A DNA stretch of 64,000 nt, taken from an uncultured virus (IMG/VR IMGVR_UViG_3300008885_000050) (lineage: Duplodnaviria > Heunggongvirae > Uroviricota > Caudoviricetes). Shown piece after piece: positions 55,336 through 64,000 of the stretch. Location of the stretch: IMG/VR virus record IMGVR_UViG_3300008885_000050. One strand, given 5' to 3'. The notes below the pieces were generated by a model. That model saw only the letters and a list, made by a program, of their open reading frames with translations. It was not told the origin of the DNA and searched no databases. The position numbers and the translations under genes were made by a program. Position 1 is the stretch's first letter, and every line of letters begins with the position of its first letter.

Positions 55336-57462
55336 TTGGACCGCCTCACAAATTACTTCGGCCAGATTCCGCTCGAAACCGACCTTCTCCACACCAACCA
55401 GAACGCCATGGTGGGGCTGGCGAAGCTGTGCGCGGGCGTTCTTGGCACCTCGACCGTCGTCAACGGCTTCACTTGCACGCCGACGACGCCGGCATCCTTG
55501 AACATCCTTGTGACACCCGGCGAAATCTATTCGCTGGCCAACCTCGAAGCGACGGCATGGTCATCGCTGCCGGCAGACACCGCGCACTCGATCGTCAAGC
55601 AGGGAATTCTGCTCGACGCGGCAACGTTGGGGATCTCGCCGCCGACCACGGTCGGTTACAGTCAGGTCTTCCTGGTCGAGGTCGAGTATCAGGACGTAGA
55701 CAGCGGCTCGACTGTGCTGCCCTACTACAACGCTGCGAACCCGTCGTCGCCGTTCTCTGGCCCCGGCAATTCCGGATCGATACAGAACACGGTTCGGAAG
55801 GGTGGCGTGGCCGTCCAGATCAAGGCTGGCGTGGCCGCCGCGACTGGAACGCAGGTCGCGCCCACCGCCGACGCGGGATGGACCGGGCTATTCCTGGTCA
55901 CCGTCGCCAACGGCCAGACCACGATCACCAGCGGCAACATCACGCAATTGCCGGCGGCGCCATACATCGGCGTCACCCTGCCAGGCGTGCCGTTTGGTGT
56001 ACAATCCGGCAAGTGGGTCTGGGCTGGCACCTTCGGCGGTACCGCCAATGCACTCACCGCGACACTTAGCCCAGTCCTGACGTCGCTGCCGGCTGGCACG
56101 ACCATCTGGGGCATCGCCGCCTTCACCAACACGACGGCGGTGACGCTTGCTGTCAATGGTCAGTCGGCGGTTTCTGCTGTGCGCCGTGACAACTCCGCGA
56201 TGGCTCCCGGCGACATCATCGCCAACGAGCTCATCGGATTCATGTCGGACGGCACGCACCTGCGTCTTCAGGGCATCGGCTACACCGAGTTCCGTCGAAA
56301 TATCACCGCCGCATTGACGGTCTATGTCCGTTCCGATGGCAACGACAGCAACAACGGCCTCACCAACACGGCGGCCGGTGCATTCCTGACGCTGCAGGGC
56401 GCTTACAACTACGTCGCGAAATACTACGCCTCGAGCGGTTTTCAGATCACGATCCAGATCGGCCTGCCGGGCACCTATGTCGGACTGTATGCGCCAAACC
56501 TCGGCCTCAACGGCAACATCGTCGTCCAAGGCGACATCAACAACCAATCTCTTTATGTGATCACGCCTTTCACAGGCGGCGACGGTCGCCAGTGGTGCTT
56601 CTATTCTGGCATCCTGACGCTCAGCATTTCCGGCATGACCTGTGACATGTCGTCGGCCAGCAACGTCAACGCCGGTGGCCACGTGGCAGCTGGAACCAAT
56701 GGCGCCTTGGCCTATGGCAACGTCGTCCTCAAATACACCGGCAATTCCGCCACTCTGACCGCGATCCGCAGCGAGACAGGCGGCACAACGTACAGAACCG
56801 GTCCCGTGACCGTAAATGGTGGCGGCACGCTCGGCTCCATCATTGCCACTTATCTCAACAGCGTCGACGGCGGTAATGCCGGCGGGGCCGCGACCTTCAC
56901 GATCGGCCCGATCAACTTCACCCAGTTCTATAACATTCAGGGTGGCGCGGCGACGCTGGCGTCTACCACGTTCGCTAGCGGTGGCGCTGTGACGGGTGCG
57001 CAGTTCAACGTCGTCGACAACGGCGTGATCGATACCGCTGGCAACGCTGTGTCCGTCATCCCTGGAAACACCACTGGCAGCGCGACTGGCGGCGGTCAGG
57101 TTGTTGGCTATCTCGGCAACGCATGGACCACATACACACCGACAGTGGTTTCGGGCACCGGCACTATCACGACCGCAAGCGCGACGGGCCGTTACCAGCG
57201 CAATGGTCGCACGGTAAACGTCCAGATGGTGGTGACCATCACGACGAACGGTACCGGCGCAAGTTGGTTGAACGTGGGGCTGCCATTCAATGCCGCCGTT
57301 TCATCGTTCATCGGCGGCATTGAAACTGCTCTGACCGGAAAGTCAGTGCAAGCCTCTAGCGGCGCCGGAAATACGGTGAGCGCACGCTTCTATGACGGCA
57401 CTTATCCCGGCGCCAGCGGAGCCGTCATACTGCTTGAAGGCGCCTACGAGACCAGCCAGTAA
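55336..57462 (+). CDS. Tail fibre protein
   Basis: YVRSDGNDSNNGL beta-helix entry, G.Y.R.G..V C-terminal domain; followed by a chaperone. Confidence 0.85.
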   Translation: MDRLTNYFGQIPLETDLLHTNQNAMVGLAKLCAGVLGTSTVVNGFTCTPTTPASLNILVTPGEIYSLANLEATAWSSLPADTAHSIVKQGILLDAATLGISPPTTVGYSQVFLVEVEYQDVDSGSTVLPYYNAANPSSPFSGPGNSGSIQNTVRKGGVAVQIKAGVAAATGTQVAPTADAGWTGLFLVTVANGQTTITSGNITQLPAAPYIGVTLPGVPFGVQSGKWVWAGTFGGTANALTATLSPVLTSLPAGTTIWGIAAFTNTTAVTLAVNGQSAVSAVRRDNSAMAPGDIIANELIGFMSDGTHLRLQGIGYTEFRRNITAALTVYVRSDGNDSNNGLTNTAAGAFLTLQGAYNYVAKYYASSGFQITIQIGLPGTYVGLYAPNLGLNGNIVVQGDINNQSLYVITPFTGGDGRQWCFYSGILTLSISGMTCDMSSASNVNAGGHVAAGTNGALAYGNVVLKYTGNSATLTAIRSETGGTTYRTGPVTVNGGGTLGSIIATYLNSVDGGNAGGAATFTIGPINFTQFYNIQGGAATLASTTFASGGAVTGAQFNVVDNGVIDTAGNAVSVIPGNTTGSATGGGQVVGYLGNAWTTYTPTVVSGTGTITTASATGRYQRNGRTVNVQMVVTITTNGTGASWLNVGLPFNAAVSSFIGGIETALTGKSVQASSGAGNTVSARFYDGTYPGASGAVILLEGAYETSQ

Positions 57463-57470
57463 GGTGATCC

Positions 57471-58007
57471 ATGACCTATACCTATTCATCGTGCTTTATG
57501 GCCGACGGGACGCTTGCGGATGCGTTCTATTTCCAGCGCAGCGATGGCGTCCTGGTGCCCCCAACCGATGCGGACGTTGTCGAGTGGCTGGCGGCGGGTA
57601 ATACGCCAGCGCATCCCTCGATCGCGCCCAGACTGATCTCCACCGCCAACGATATCCAGCAAGGGGTCGCCGGCGGCGGCATCACCGTCAATGTCGGCAC
57701 GAGTTCGGCACCGGTCAATGTGAAGGCGGCCACCGATTCGGCGTCTCTCACGCTGCTCCTCGGGGCCCATTCTATGGCTCTGGCCAATTCCAGCGCGACG
57801 TTCACATGGGTGCAGTCGGATGGCACCACGCAGAACCTGACGGCTGCGCAGATCACTGCGATCTTCATCGCCGTGAATCAGTTCATCCAGAGCACCTTCA
57901 CCTCATTGTCGAAGGTGATTTCCGCAATCAACGCAGGGACGATCACGACGCCGGCCGGGGTTCTGTCGCCGCCACCGGCCGTGACGACGTGGCCGGTAAA
58001 TTCCTAA
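57471..58007 (+). CDS. Tail fibre assembly protein (DUF4376-like)
   Basis: EWLAAGNTP; W..SDG....LTAAQI......V..FIQ. Confidence 0.7.
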   Translation: MTYTYSSCFMADGTLADAFYFQRSDGVLVPPTDADVVEWLAAGNTPAHPSIAPRLISTANDIQQGVAGGGITVNVGTSSAPVNVKAATDSASLTLLLGAHSMALANSSATFTWVQSDGTTQNLTAAQITAIFIAVNQFIQSTFTSLSKVISAINAGTITTPAGVLSPPPAVTTWPVNS

Positions 58008-58051
58008 AATCTGGCCAGCCAATTGGGGCATCTTTTCCGCGAAGGATCACC

Positions 58052-59653
58052 ATGACCGACGTTGTAAGCACGACCCTCGCTAATCTGCCAGCTATTGATG
58101 GCAGCACCACCACGATGGCTTACGTGACCGATTTTGGTCAGGAGGGCTGGTTTAAATGGAGTGCAGCCAACCTTTCCGCGCGGACAGTTGTTCAGAGCGT
58201 GACCTCGACTGCGATTTCAGGCAACACGATAACAGTCCCCAATCATCTTCTATCGGTTGGGGCCGGTCTGGTTTCAGCTACAGCCGTCAACGGGGTGTCG
58301 GCGAACACCGCATATTTTGCCATCATCGTTGACGGGAACAATATTCAACTTGCCGCCACCCCTGCGGCGGCTGTCGCCGGGACGCCTGCCGTCGCATTGA
58401 CAGGCGCTACCAATTTCACGATGAGCCAGCTTCGTGACCCGCTCCAGAAGATATATATCCCGGCATCGGGTGGGTTGATTGATGGGACAGGGGGCGCCTG
58501 GATCAAGCAGTTCGGGGGCGCCAACTTTGGCATCAGCGGCGTAAACTACACCCGCATTACTGACCGTGCCATCTTTGGGCGAGGCGGGACAGGTTGGTAT
58601 GGCGATACTGCGGGAATGTCCACTTCCGGAGCCGGAACCTGGCTAGGCGACGAAATAGCCCCAGGGTCAGCCTTTGCGATGTCATATCTGCTCGTTGGCG
58701 CTCAGGTCTCCTCCATTCCAGACTATACACCAGGCCAGCCGACTGTCGGCCTATTCGGGGCCAGCAGGACCCCCGCAGGGGCGACGAATGCCAACGCCAT
58801 GGGCGCTGCTTTCTTCGCCTCCGGGCACGGCACAAGTCTCGGAAGTGTCGTTTGGGGAGCCTATGGCGAGGCTGTCAAGCGGCCCGGCTCCAACACAACC
58901 ACCCAGATTATCGAACTGGAAATCACCAACCTCAACTCAACGCCGATCGCCGCAGGATGGAGCCCGGAAGCAACTTACGTACAAGGCCGCACGCTCGGCA
59001 TCTTGCTGGGTTGCGGGGGCGGAAACGCAGTAGCCTACCCTGCTGACATGGGGCTTTCATTCACCAACAATGGCGCGGCATTCCGTACCGGCCTGACCTT
59101 CCTGCGCAACAGCCTTGTGAAGGATCCGACCACCAATCTCCAGCATGCCATCATGATGGCCGACAAGATGCGCCTGGAATGGTACACCAGCGACGCCGCG
59201 AACACCGTCGGCTTTGCCATTCATGGCGATGTCGATGTGGCCGCTAACGCCATTACGATGGCGGTCAGCAATCTCGGGGTGCTATTCAACAATTCAAACG
59301 GCGGCATCGTCGGTCGCTTCGCTAGCGCGACACTCAGTCCATCGGCCAATTATACCCTTATTTCCTCACAGGCGCCGGGCACCAATCCATTGTTGCAGTC
59401 CACTGGCGGCGACGCCAACAGCAGTCAAGCCATACGCGGAAGCGGCACGGGTGGCGTTGTCCTGCAGAGCGGGGACGCAGCCAACAAAATGCAGGTCAAC
59501 ACGACCGGGATTGGTTTCTTCAACGCAACGCCGGTCGCAAAACAGAGGGTTGGAGGGGCGCTGAATACTGGCGGGACCGAGACCAACACGAATCTCGCCA
59601 CGCGCATAAACGATCTTAGAGCGGCTTTGATCAATTACGGGTTGGCTGCATGA
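58052..59653 (+). CDS. Second fibre/spike protein
   Basis: GQEGWFKW N-motif, GIGFFNATPVAK...L...L..YGL C-terminus; AAGGA RBS. Confidence 0.7.
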   Translation: MTDVVSTTLANLPAIDGSTTTMAYVTDFGQEGWFKWSAANLSARTVVQSVTSTAISGNTITVPNHLLSVGAGLVSATAVNGVSANTAYFAIIVDGNNIQLAATPAAAVAGTPAVALTGATNFTMSQLRDPLQKIYIPASGGLIDGTGGAWIKQFGGANFGISGVNYTRITDRAIFGRGGTGWYGDTAGMSTSGAGTWLGDEIAPGSAFAMSYLLVGAQVSSIPDYTPGQPTVGLFGASRTPAGATNANAMGAAFFASGHGTSLGSVVWGAYGEAVKRPGSNTTTQIIELEITNLNSTPIAAGWSPEATYVQGRTLGILLGCGGGNAVAYPADMGLSFTNNGAAFRTGLTFLRNSLVKDPTTNLQHAIMMADKMRLEWYTSDAANTVGFAIHGDVDVAANAITMAVSNLGVLFNNSNGGIVGRFASATLSPSANYTLISSQAPGTNPLLQSTGGDANSSQAIRGSGTGGVVLQSGDAANKMQVNTTGIGFFNATPVAKQRVGGALNTGGTETNTNLATRINDLRAALINYGLAA

Positions 59654-59841
59654 TGGGGAAAACCATGGAATATGTTCTGACATTCAACGACCAGCAGATG
59701 TACATCATCAATATGGCGCTTGGGGAAATACCTCATAAATTCGCCGCGCCTTTGTTCCAGCACATCAACGAGCAAATCGCTGCTTCCCTGCAAGGCAACA
59801 CCACCGAAAAAGTTGAAAGCGAACTAGGCACAGACGCCTAG
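59650..59841 (+). CDS. Small fibre-associated chaperone-like protein
   Basis: I..ALGEIP.K.A.PL...I..Q pattern. Confidence 0.65.
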   Translation: MMGKTMEYVLTFNDQQMYIINMALGEIPHKFAAPLFQHINEQIAASLQGNTTEKVESELGTDA

Positions 59842-60014
59842 TGGCTCGCCTTGGAAAACTCCAAGCTTGAAGCCAGATCATCTCTTGGCATGGTCTGGGC
59901 GACAAATGCCAACCCGGCGACAAATACCACCATGGTGAACAGAACATAGAAAACATTGCGAAGGGGTGATGATGCTTCTGCCCTTCCATCTTCTTTCTGC
60001 ATCTCGCTGCTCAT
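59838..60014 (-). CDS. 58-aa single-TM protein (not in ORF track)
   Basis: MSSEMQKEDG...VFYVLFTMVVFVAGLAFVAQ...; GAGGA RBS; directly downstream of the gtr gene. Confidence 0.6.
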   Translation of the reverse strand: MSSEMQKEDGRAEASSPLRNVFYVLFTMVVFVAGLAFVAQTMPRDDLASSLEFSKASH

Positions 60015-60029
60015 CTTTCTTCCTCATAC

Positions 60030-61640
60030 TCAATCAGTGCGGCTAGGTGACAAGCAGACTATCGCAAGAGCGCCGCGAATGACAACAGAGCCGACCGCCG
60101 GCCAGGGTGAGACACCCTTGCAATAAGTCTGTGCCTCCTCGATTTCCGGCTGATAGGCCGGTCTTACGGAAATACCCGATAGCTCGGTCAGCATTGGCGC
60201 AATCACCCACTGGTACCCGATCTTTGAATCGTTGAACCCGTGCGTCGCCGTCGGTATGGGCGCGCCATCATCCGGCCTCACACCAACGATGGCGACGGCT
60301 TTCATGGCGGAGAAGTTCGGCTGCTCTTCAAGCCGATCGATCAGACGCAGCGCCAAGTTGTGATCCCTTACCTGAACGCGGCCAAAATCGTTGAAAATCT
60401 GGTTGTCCGAGGCGATGAAGGAAAACACGACCAACCCGAGCGCCAGACCAAAAACTTGTTCTGGGATCATTCTGCGCACGGTTATGGCGATCACGGCTAT
60501 GCCGGCCCACACGAGGCCGATATCAGCCAGCACTCGCGGCGGGAGCCAGAGTACGGTGAACAGCAAGGGGATGCCGAGCATAGCAAACCCGGCTGCGATT
60601 GGAGTTGCCAAAACAACCACGACTGCCAACACTGACCCCAACCGGTCTTTTGGACGCAGCGCTAGTTCGATGACGGAAACCGCAACGAACAGCGGCAGGA
60701 TCAGCAGGACTGCCCTCGGCACTAGCGCGTTGGCGTAGGCTGTTCCCGTCACAAAGTGCCCGTAGAGCAGATCGACACCGTATGTCCGCAACCTCGTCGG
60801 AATTTCAGCAAACGGTATCACCACCGAGAATGGATGCGGTGGAAGGCCATGCGTCATTGCCTTCAGGCAGATCCAGTAGAGCGCGAAGCCGAAGACAAAG
60901 GTCAGCAATCTCGAGTGAAATGAAGAGTCGTCGAGGGAATAGGTCGGCAGGGTGTTTTCACTGTTAACAAGATGCCGGATGACTCTCAACGCCAAGTCAA
61001 AACACAGGAAAATGGAAACGTAATTGAGCGGTACCTGATAGAAGGTGAGCGCTGCGGCAAGTACCACTGCCGAAAGCAGGACACCCCGGAAGCTTGGCCT
61101 TGAAAGCAGGAGGGCTGCTCCCGCGAGTGCAAACGCCAATAGGTGATAGATCGCGATGTTCCGAAACGTCAGGATCTCGGACGTGTAGGGGTGCGCTGCA
61201 ATGATCACGAGCAATGCGACCCTTAGCGCATCCGGCAGCCCGTATGTCCAGAGCCGCAGAACAGCATTCGCCGTCCAGACCGATAGAAAGATCGAGAGCG
61301 CAATGGTGATAACGGGCGATCTCATCGGGTCATACCCAATGAATTCGAAGATCTTCGAAAGCCAAAGAGTTCCGAACCGGCCTTCCGAAATCAGCGCCCC
61401 AGACACCGAGCCGAAGCCATTGACGATCGAACGGTAATCATCCGCAGAATATGTAAGATCGAAAACGGCCTGGATTCTTGACACTGCTACCAGCGCCAGA
61501 GCGATCAGGAAGGACCGGCGTTCGTCCTGCCTGATCAACAGTCTGTAAAATAGTCCGCGTTCGACATCATTGCCGGCCTGAAACTCGGCGCGTGCCACGG
61601 CCATCCCGTCTGGCATGCTCTCGATCTTGATATTTTCCAT
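60030..61640 (-). CDS. GtrII-like (GT-C) integral membrane glycosyltransferase
   Basis: YSADDY, GRFG, HPY..E, FYQ motifs, many TM helices, periplasmic C-domain. Confidence 0.8.
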   Translation of the reverse strand: MENIKIESMPDGMAVARAEFQAGNDVERGLFYRLLIRQDERRSFLIALALVAVSRIQAVFDLTYSADDYRSIVNGFGSVSGALISEGRFGTLWLSKIFEFIGYDPMRSPVITIALSIFLSVWTANAVLRLWTYGLPDALRVALLVIIAAHPYTSEILTFRNIAIYHLLAFALAGAALLLSRPSFRGVLLSAVVLAAALTFYQVPLNYVSIFLCFDLALRVIRHLVNSENTLPTYSLDDSSFHSRLLTFVFGFALYWICLKAMTHGLPPHPFSVVIPFAEIPTRLRTYGVDLLYGHFVTGTAYANALVPRAVLLILPLFVAVSVIELALRPKDRLGSVLAVVVVLATPIAAGFAMLGIPLLFTVLWLPPRVLADIGLVWAGIAVIAITVRRMIPEQVFGLALGLVVFSFIASDNQIFNDFGRVQVRDHNLALRLIDRLEEQPNFSAMKAVAIVGVRPDDGAPIPTATHGFNDSKIGYQWVIAPMLTELSGISVRPAYQPEIEEAQTYCKGVSPWPAVGSVVIRGALAIVCLSPSRTD

Positions 61641-61831
61641 CAGTAAAAGTCAGGTTTTTCAATTTCCACAATTCGACACGGAAATGGGAGATCTAGTCCG
61701 TCGACGGGGATATCAAGCCATAGCCCTTCGGGGGCGGAACCGTCCCCTGGTATGACACGCACGCGTCCAAGCAGGTTAAACGGATAAAATGGCGCTTCGA
61801 TATAAAGATCGTCTGGATTGTTCATTACCAT
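61640..61831 (-). CDS. Hypothetical small protein coupled to the gtr gene
   Basis: TGATG overlap; GGGGGG upstream. Confidence 0.45.
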   Translation of the reverse strand: MVMNNPDDLYIEAPFYPFNLLGRVRVIPGDGSAPEGLWLDIPVDGLDLPFPCRIVEIEKPDFY

Positions 61832-62096
61832 TTCACCCCCCGAATATCATCTAAAACCATGGTGGCATCGTTCATATCCCCATGCCGTACAATCGTCCAT
61901 CTGCCGCCTTCGAGCATCAACAGCCCACCGTCATACGTCCGGATTTCTCCCGCGTCCTCTGCGACGCCGGCCCGAAAGCCTTCGCTATGAGAACGCCACG
62001 GTGCGGCGAGGATCACCAAGTCCTTGCGAGTGCTTGGCTGCATTTCCGGTCTCCTCCGGCTCGATCCTAACCTGAAAATCCCCAAAGGAAACCGCT

Positions 62097-62867
62097 ATGA
62101 CAATGACGACCAGCGCCAAGGGCAAGCTGGAGATCATCTCGCATGAGGCGATCGTGGTATGCCCATATCTGGACAGCGTCGGGGTCTGGACGTGGGGCAT
62201 CGGCCACACCTCCGGCGCCGGCGAACCGCATCCCGCCGACATGCCGAAGGGCGTCGCCTCGCCGATCCCGGATGTCCTCGCCGCCTTTTCAAAGGATCTC
62301 GCCAAGTATGAGGACCGCGTCCGCAGGGCCTTCACACGGCCGCTGACGCAGGCTCAGTTCGATGCCGCGGTCTCGTTCGACTTCAACACTGGAGCGATCG
62401 ACCGTGCCTCTTGGGTGCGAGCGTTCAACGCCGGCAGCAACAGATTGACGGTCAGCGGTGACTTCATGATCTGGCGAACCCCTGGCAGCATCATCGATCG
62501 GCGCAAAGCCGAATGCGCGCTGTTCTTCGATGGCAAGTATTCGAACTATGGCACCGCTTCGGTCTATACGGCCGATGCGGCGGGCCATGTCCTGTGGAGC
62601 AAGGGCAAGCGCGTCAATGTGGCCGCCCTTCTGAGCGCGCCACAGCCCGCACCCCAGGTCCAGCCAACCCCTGCCCGCGCAGTGCCACAGACGGCCGCGC
62701 CAGCGCCTGCTTCGTCCGTTCCGCCATCATCGCCGGTCCTGCAGAAACAACACACCGCAGTGCCGCTTGCCGCAGCCGGCTTGGGCGCAGCCGTAGCCTA
62801 CTACTGGCAGCATCTGCACGATCTGGCCCTATCCATCATCCACCATGTCGAAAGGTTTCTGCCATGA
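62097..62867 (+). CDS. Endolysin (GH24 lysozyme) with Pro/Ala linker and C-terminal hydrophobic segment
   Basis: HEAIVVCPYLDSVGVWTWGIGHT (E-D-T triad), QFDAAVSFDFNTG, RRKAE..LF. Confidence 0.92.
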   Translation: MTMTTSAKGKLEIISHEAIVVCPYLDSVGVWTWGIGHTSGAGEPHPADMPKGVASPIPDVLAAFSKDLAKYEDRVRRAFTRPLTQAQFDAAVSFDFNTGAIDRASWVRAFNAGSNRLTVSGDFMIWRTPGSIIDRRKAECALFFDGKYSNYGTASVYTADAAGHVLWSKGKRVNVAALLSAPQPAPQVQPTPARAVPQTAAPAPASSVPPSSPVLQKQHTAVPLAAAGLGAAVAYYWQHLHDLALSIIHHVERFLP

Positions 62868-63061
62868 CTTCCGTTATCGCAAGGATTGCACTCCGCTATG
62901 GCGCCGGCGCGTTGCTCGGGCCTGTGGTTCTTCAGAAATTCGGCATCGATCCCAACGTCATCGCCAATGATCCCGACATGCAGATGATGGTCGCCGGCGG
63001 CATCGCTGCCGTTTGCGAGGGCTGGACTTTGCTGGCCCATCGCTTCGGCTGGAAGACGTAA
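62864..63061 (+). CDS. Putative holin
   Basis: IARIALRYGAGALL...two hydrophobic segments...GWKT; ATGA overlap with the lysin. Confidence 0.7.
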   Translation: MTSVIARIALRYGAGALLGPVVLQKFGIDPNVIANDPDMQMMVAGGIAAVCEGWTLLAHRFGWKT

Positions 63062-63111
63062 TCGCCCCTTCCCCGCACTCGTTCCCCTCCTTCCCAACCA
63101 TTGAGGTTCCC

Positions 63112-63612
63112 ATGTCCATTTTCAGTCAGTTTTCACAAGAGACCGCACCAGCACTTGCAGCCATCGAAGAGGACGCCACCAAGGCGATCGAAGACGGGCG
63201 CCAGTGGATCGCCGGCATGTTCGCCCGCTTGAACGACTTCAAGACCGCCCTCGAAAAGGACATCGCCGACTTCGAGGGCATCATCAAGCAGGCCGCGTCC
63301 GACGCCGAAGCGACGATCGCTGGGAAGAAGGAGGCGCTCGCCAAGGTCAACGCCGAGATCGCGACGTACTCCGGGCTCGTGCCGCCAGCCGCCCAGGCGC
63401 CGGCTCAGGAGCCGGGAACAGGCACCGAGCCGGTCACCGCTGAGCCCCAAACCACCGCCGAAACTGCGGAACCTGCGGCGACAGTTGAACCGGCACCGGT
63501 TGAGCCCGCCGTCACCACGGAGCCCGCTCCGGTCGTCGAGCCGACAGAGCCGGCCGCACCGGCTTCCGAAGCGGCACCGGTCGACCCGGCTCCGGCCGCG
63601 CCGGCGGCGTAG
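63112..63612 (+). CDS. Coiled-coil protein with EPA/Pro-rich tail
   Basis: GAGG RBS; amphipathic helices then (V/T)EPA repeats. Confidence 0.7.
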   Translation: MSIFSQFSQETAPALAAIEEDATKAIEDGRQWIAGMFARLNDFKTALEKDIADFEGIIKQAASDAEATIAGKKEALAKVNAEIATYSGLVPPAAQAPAQEPGTGTEPVTAEPQTTAETAEPAATVEPAPVEPAVTTEPAPVVEPTEPAAPASEAAPVDPAPAAPAA

Positions 63613-63630
63613 TCGGCGAAGGACACTCAG

Positions 63631-63732
63631 ATGGAAGGCCGTGTTCCAGTCTTCGCCGCCTACTTGCGCCAGTCGTGGCCGCTGTTCGTCATCGGCCTCG
63701 TCATCGGCCTGGGCATTGGAGTGTGGCTATGA
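63631..63732 (+). CDS. 33-aa membrane peptide (not in ORF track)
   Basis: MEGRVPVFAAYLRQSWPLFVIGLVIGLGIGVWL; AAGGA RBS. Confidence 0.6.
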   Translation: MEGRVPVFAAYLRQSWPLFVIGLVIGLGIGVWL

Positions 63733-64000
63733 GCGAGGTCAGGACAGAACCGGTAAAGGCGACGCTGTTCGACGACATCGACCAGGTGCAAGCCACGCCA
63801 GGCGCTTTCGAATATTACCGTGAGGGCGATCGGTTCCCGGCCGGAATGATCTATTGCTGCCCTTGCGGCTGCGGCGCGACCGGCGCTCTCGCGTTCCGAC
63901 CACATGCGTCGCCCTCGTGGGAGTGGGATGGCAACAAGGAAGCGCCGACGCTCACCCCGTCAGTGCATCACGTTGGGCACTGGCATGGCTTCCTCACCGA
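63729..64000 (+). CDS. DUF6527-like Cys/His protein (truncated by window end)
   Basis: CCPCGCG...WEWDGNKEAPTLTPSVH...WHGFLT. Confidence 0.75.
   Translation, partial: MSEVRTEPVKATLFDDIDQVQATPGAFEYYREGDRFPAGMIYCCPCGCGATGALAFRPHASPSWEWDGNKEAPTLTPSVHHVGHWHGFLT

Larger units (their letters stand above)
1..64000. mobile_element. Temperate myovirus prophage (continues beyond the right edge; att sites not in window)
   Basis: Canonical module order int - early genes - cI/cro - replication - terminase - head - sheath/tube/baseplate - fibres - lysis, with tight ATGA/TGATG gene overlaps. Confidence 0.97.

Noticed and set aside
53710..59653. Diversity-generating retroelement or invertible fibre cassette
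   Set aside because: No reverse transcriptase, invertase or TR/VR duplicate seen in the window

Overview
The whole window is one apparently intact temperate myovirus prophage. Its GC-rich sequence and GcrA/GapR/CtrA-like genes point to an alphaproteobacterial (Rhizobiales-like) host. From left to right it contains: (1) integrase and an Xis-like gene; (2) a leftward early operon with ThyX, a MazG-like protein, SSB, a RecD/Dda-like helicase, an ExoX-like nuclease, and a YqaJ exonuclease with its partner; (3) a lambda-like switch (cI/cro, three 13-bp operators at each of PL and PR); (4) a rightward operon with homologues of the host cell-cycle/nucleoid proteins GcrA and GapR, a degenerate CtrA, RuvC, an SNF2-methyltransferase fusion, ParB, a DndC-like PAPS reductase and a primase-helicase; (5) terminase, head, contractile tail, baseplate and fibre genes; (6) an antisense GtrII-like glycosyltransferase cassette and lysis genes. 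The att sites and the right end lie outside the window. The most interesting signals are the phage-borne cell-cycle regulator set with a CtrA lacking its phosphorylation residues, a GANTC-dense repeat element (possible sRNA) upstream of PL, two oppositely oriented TGTACCC iteron-like arrays, and an autonomous 22-aa peptide plus XRE module. All family calls are from motif recognition by eye; no searches were run.
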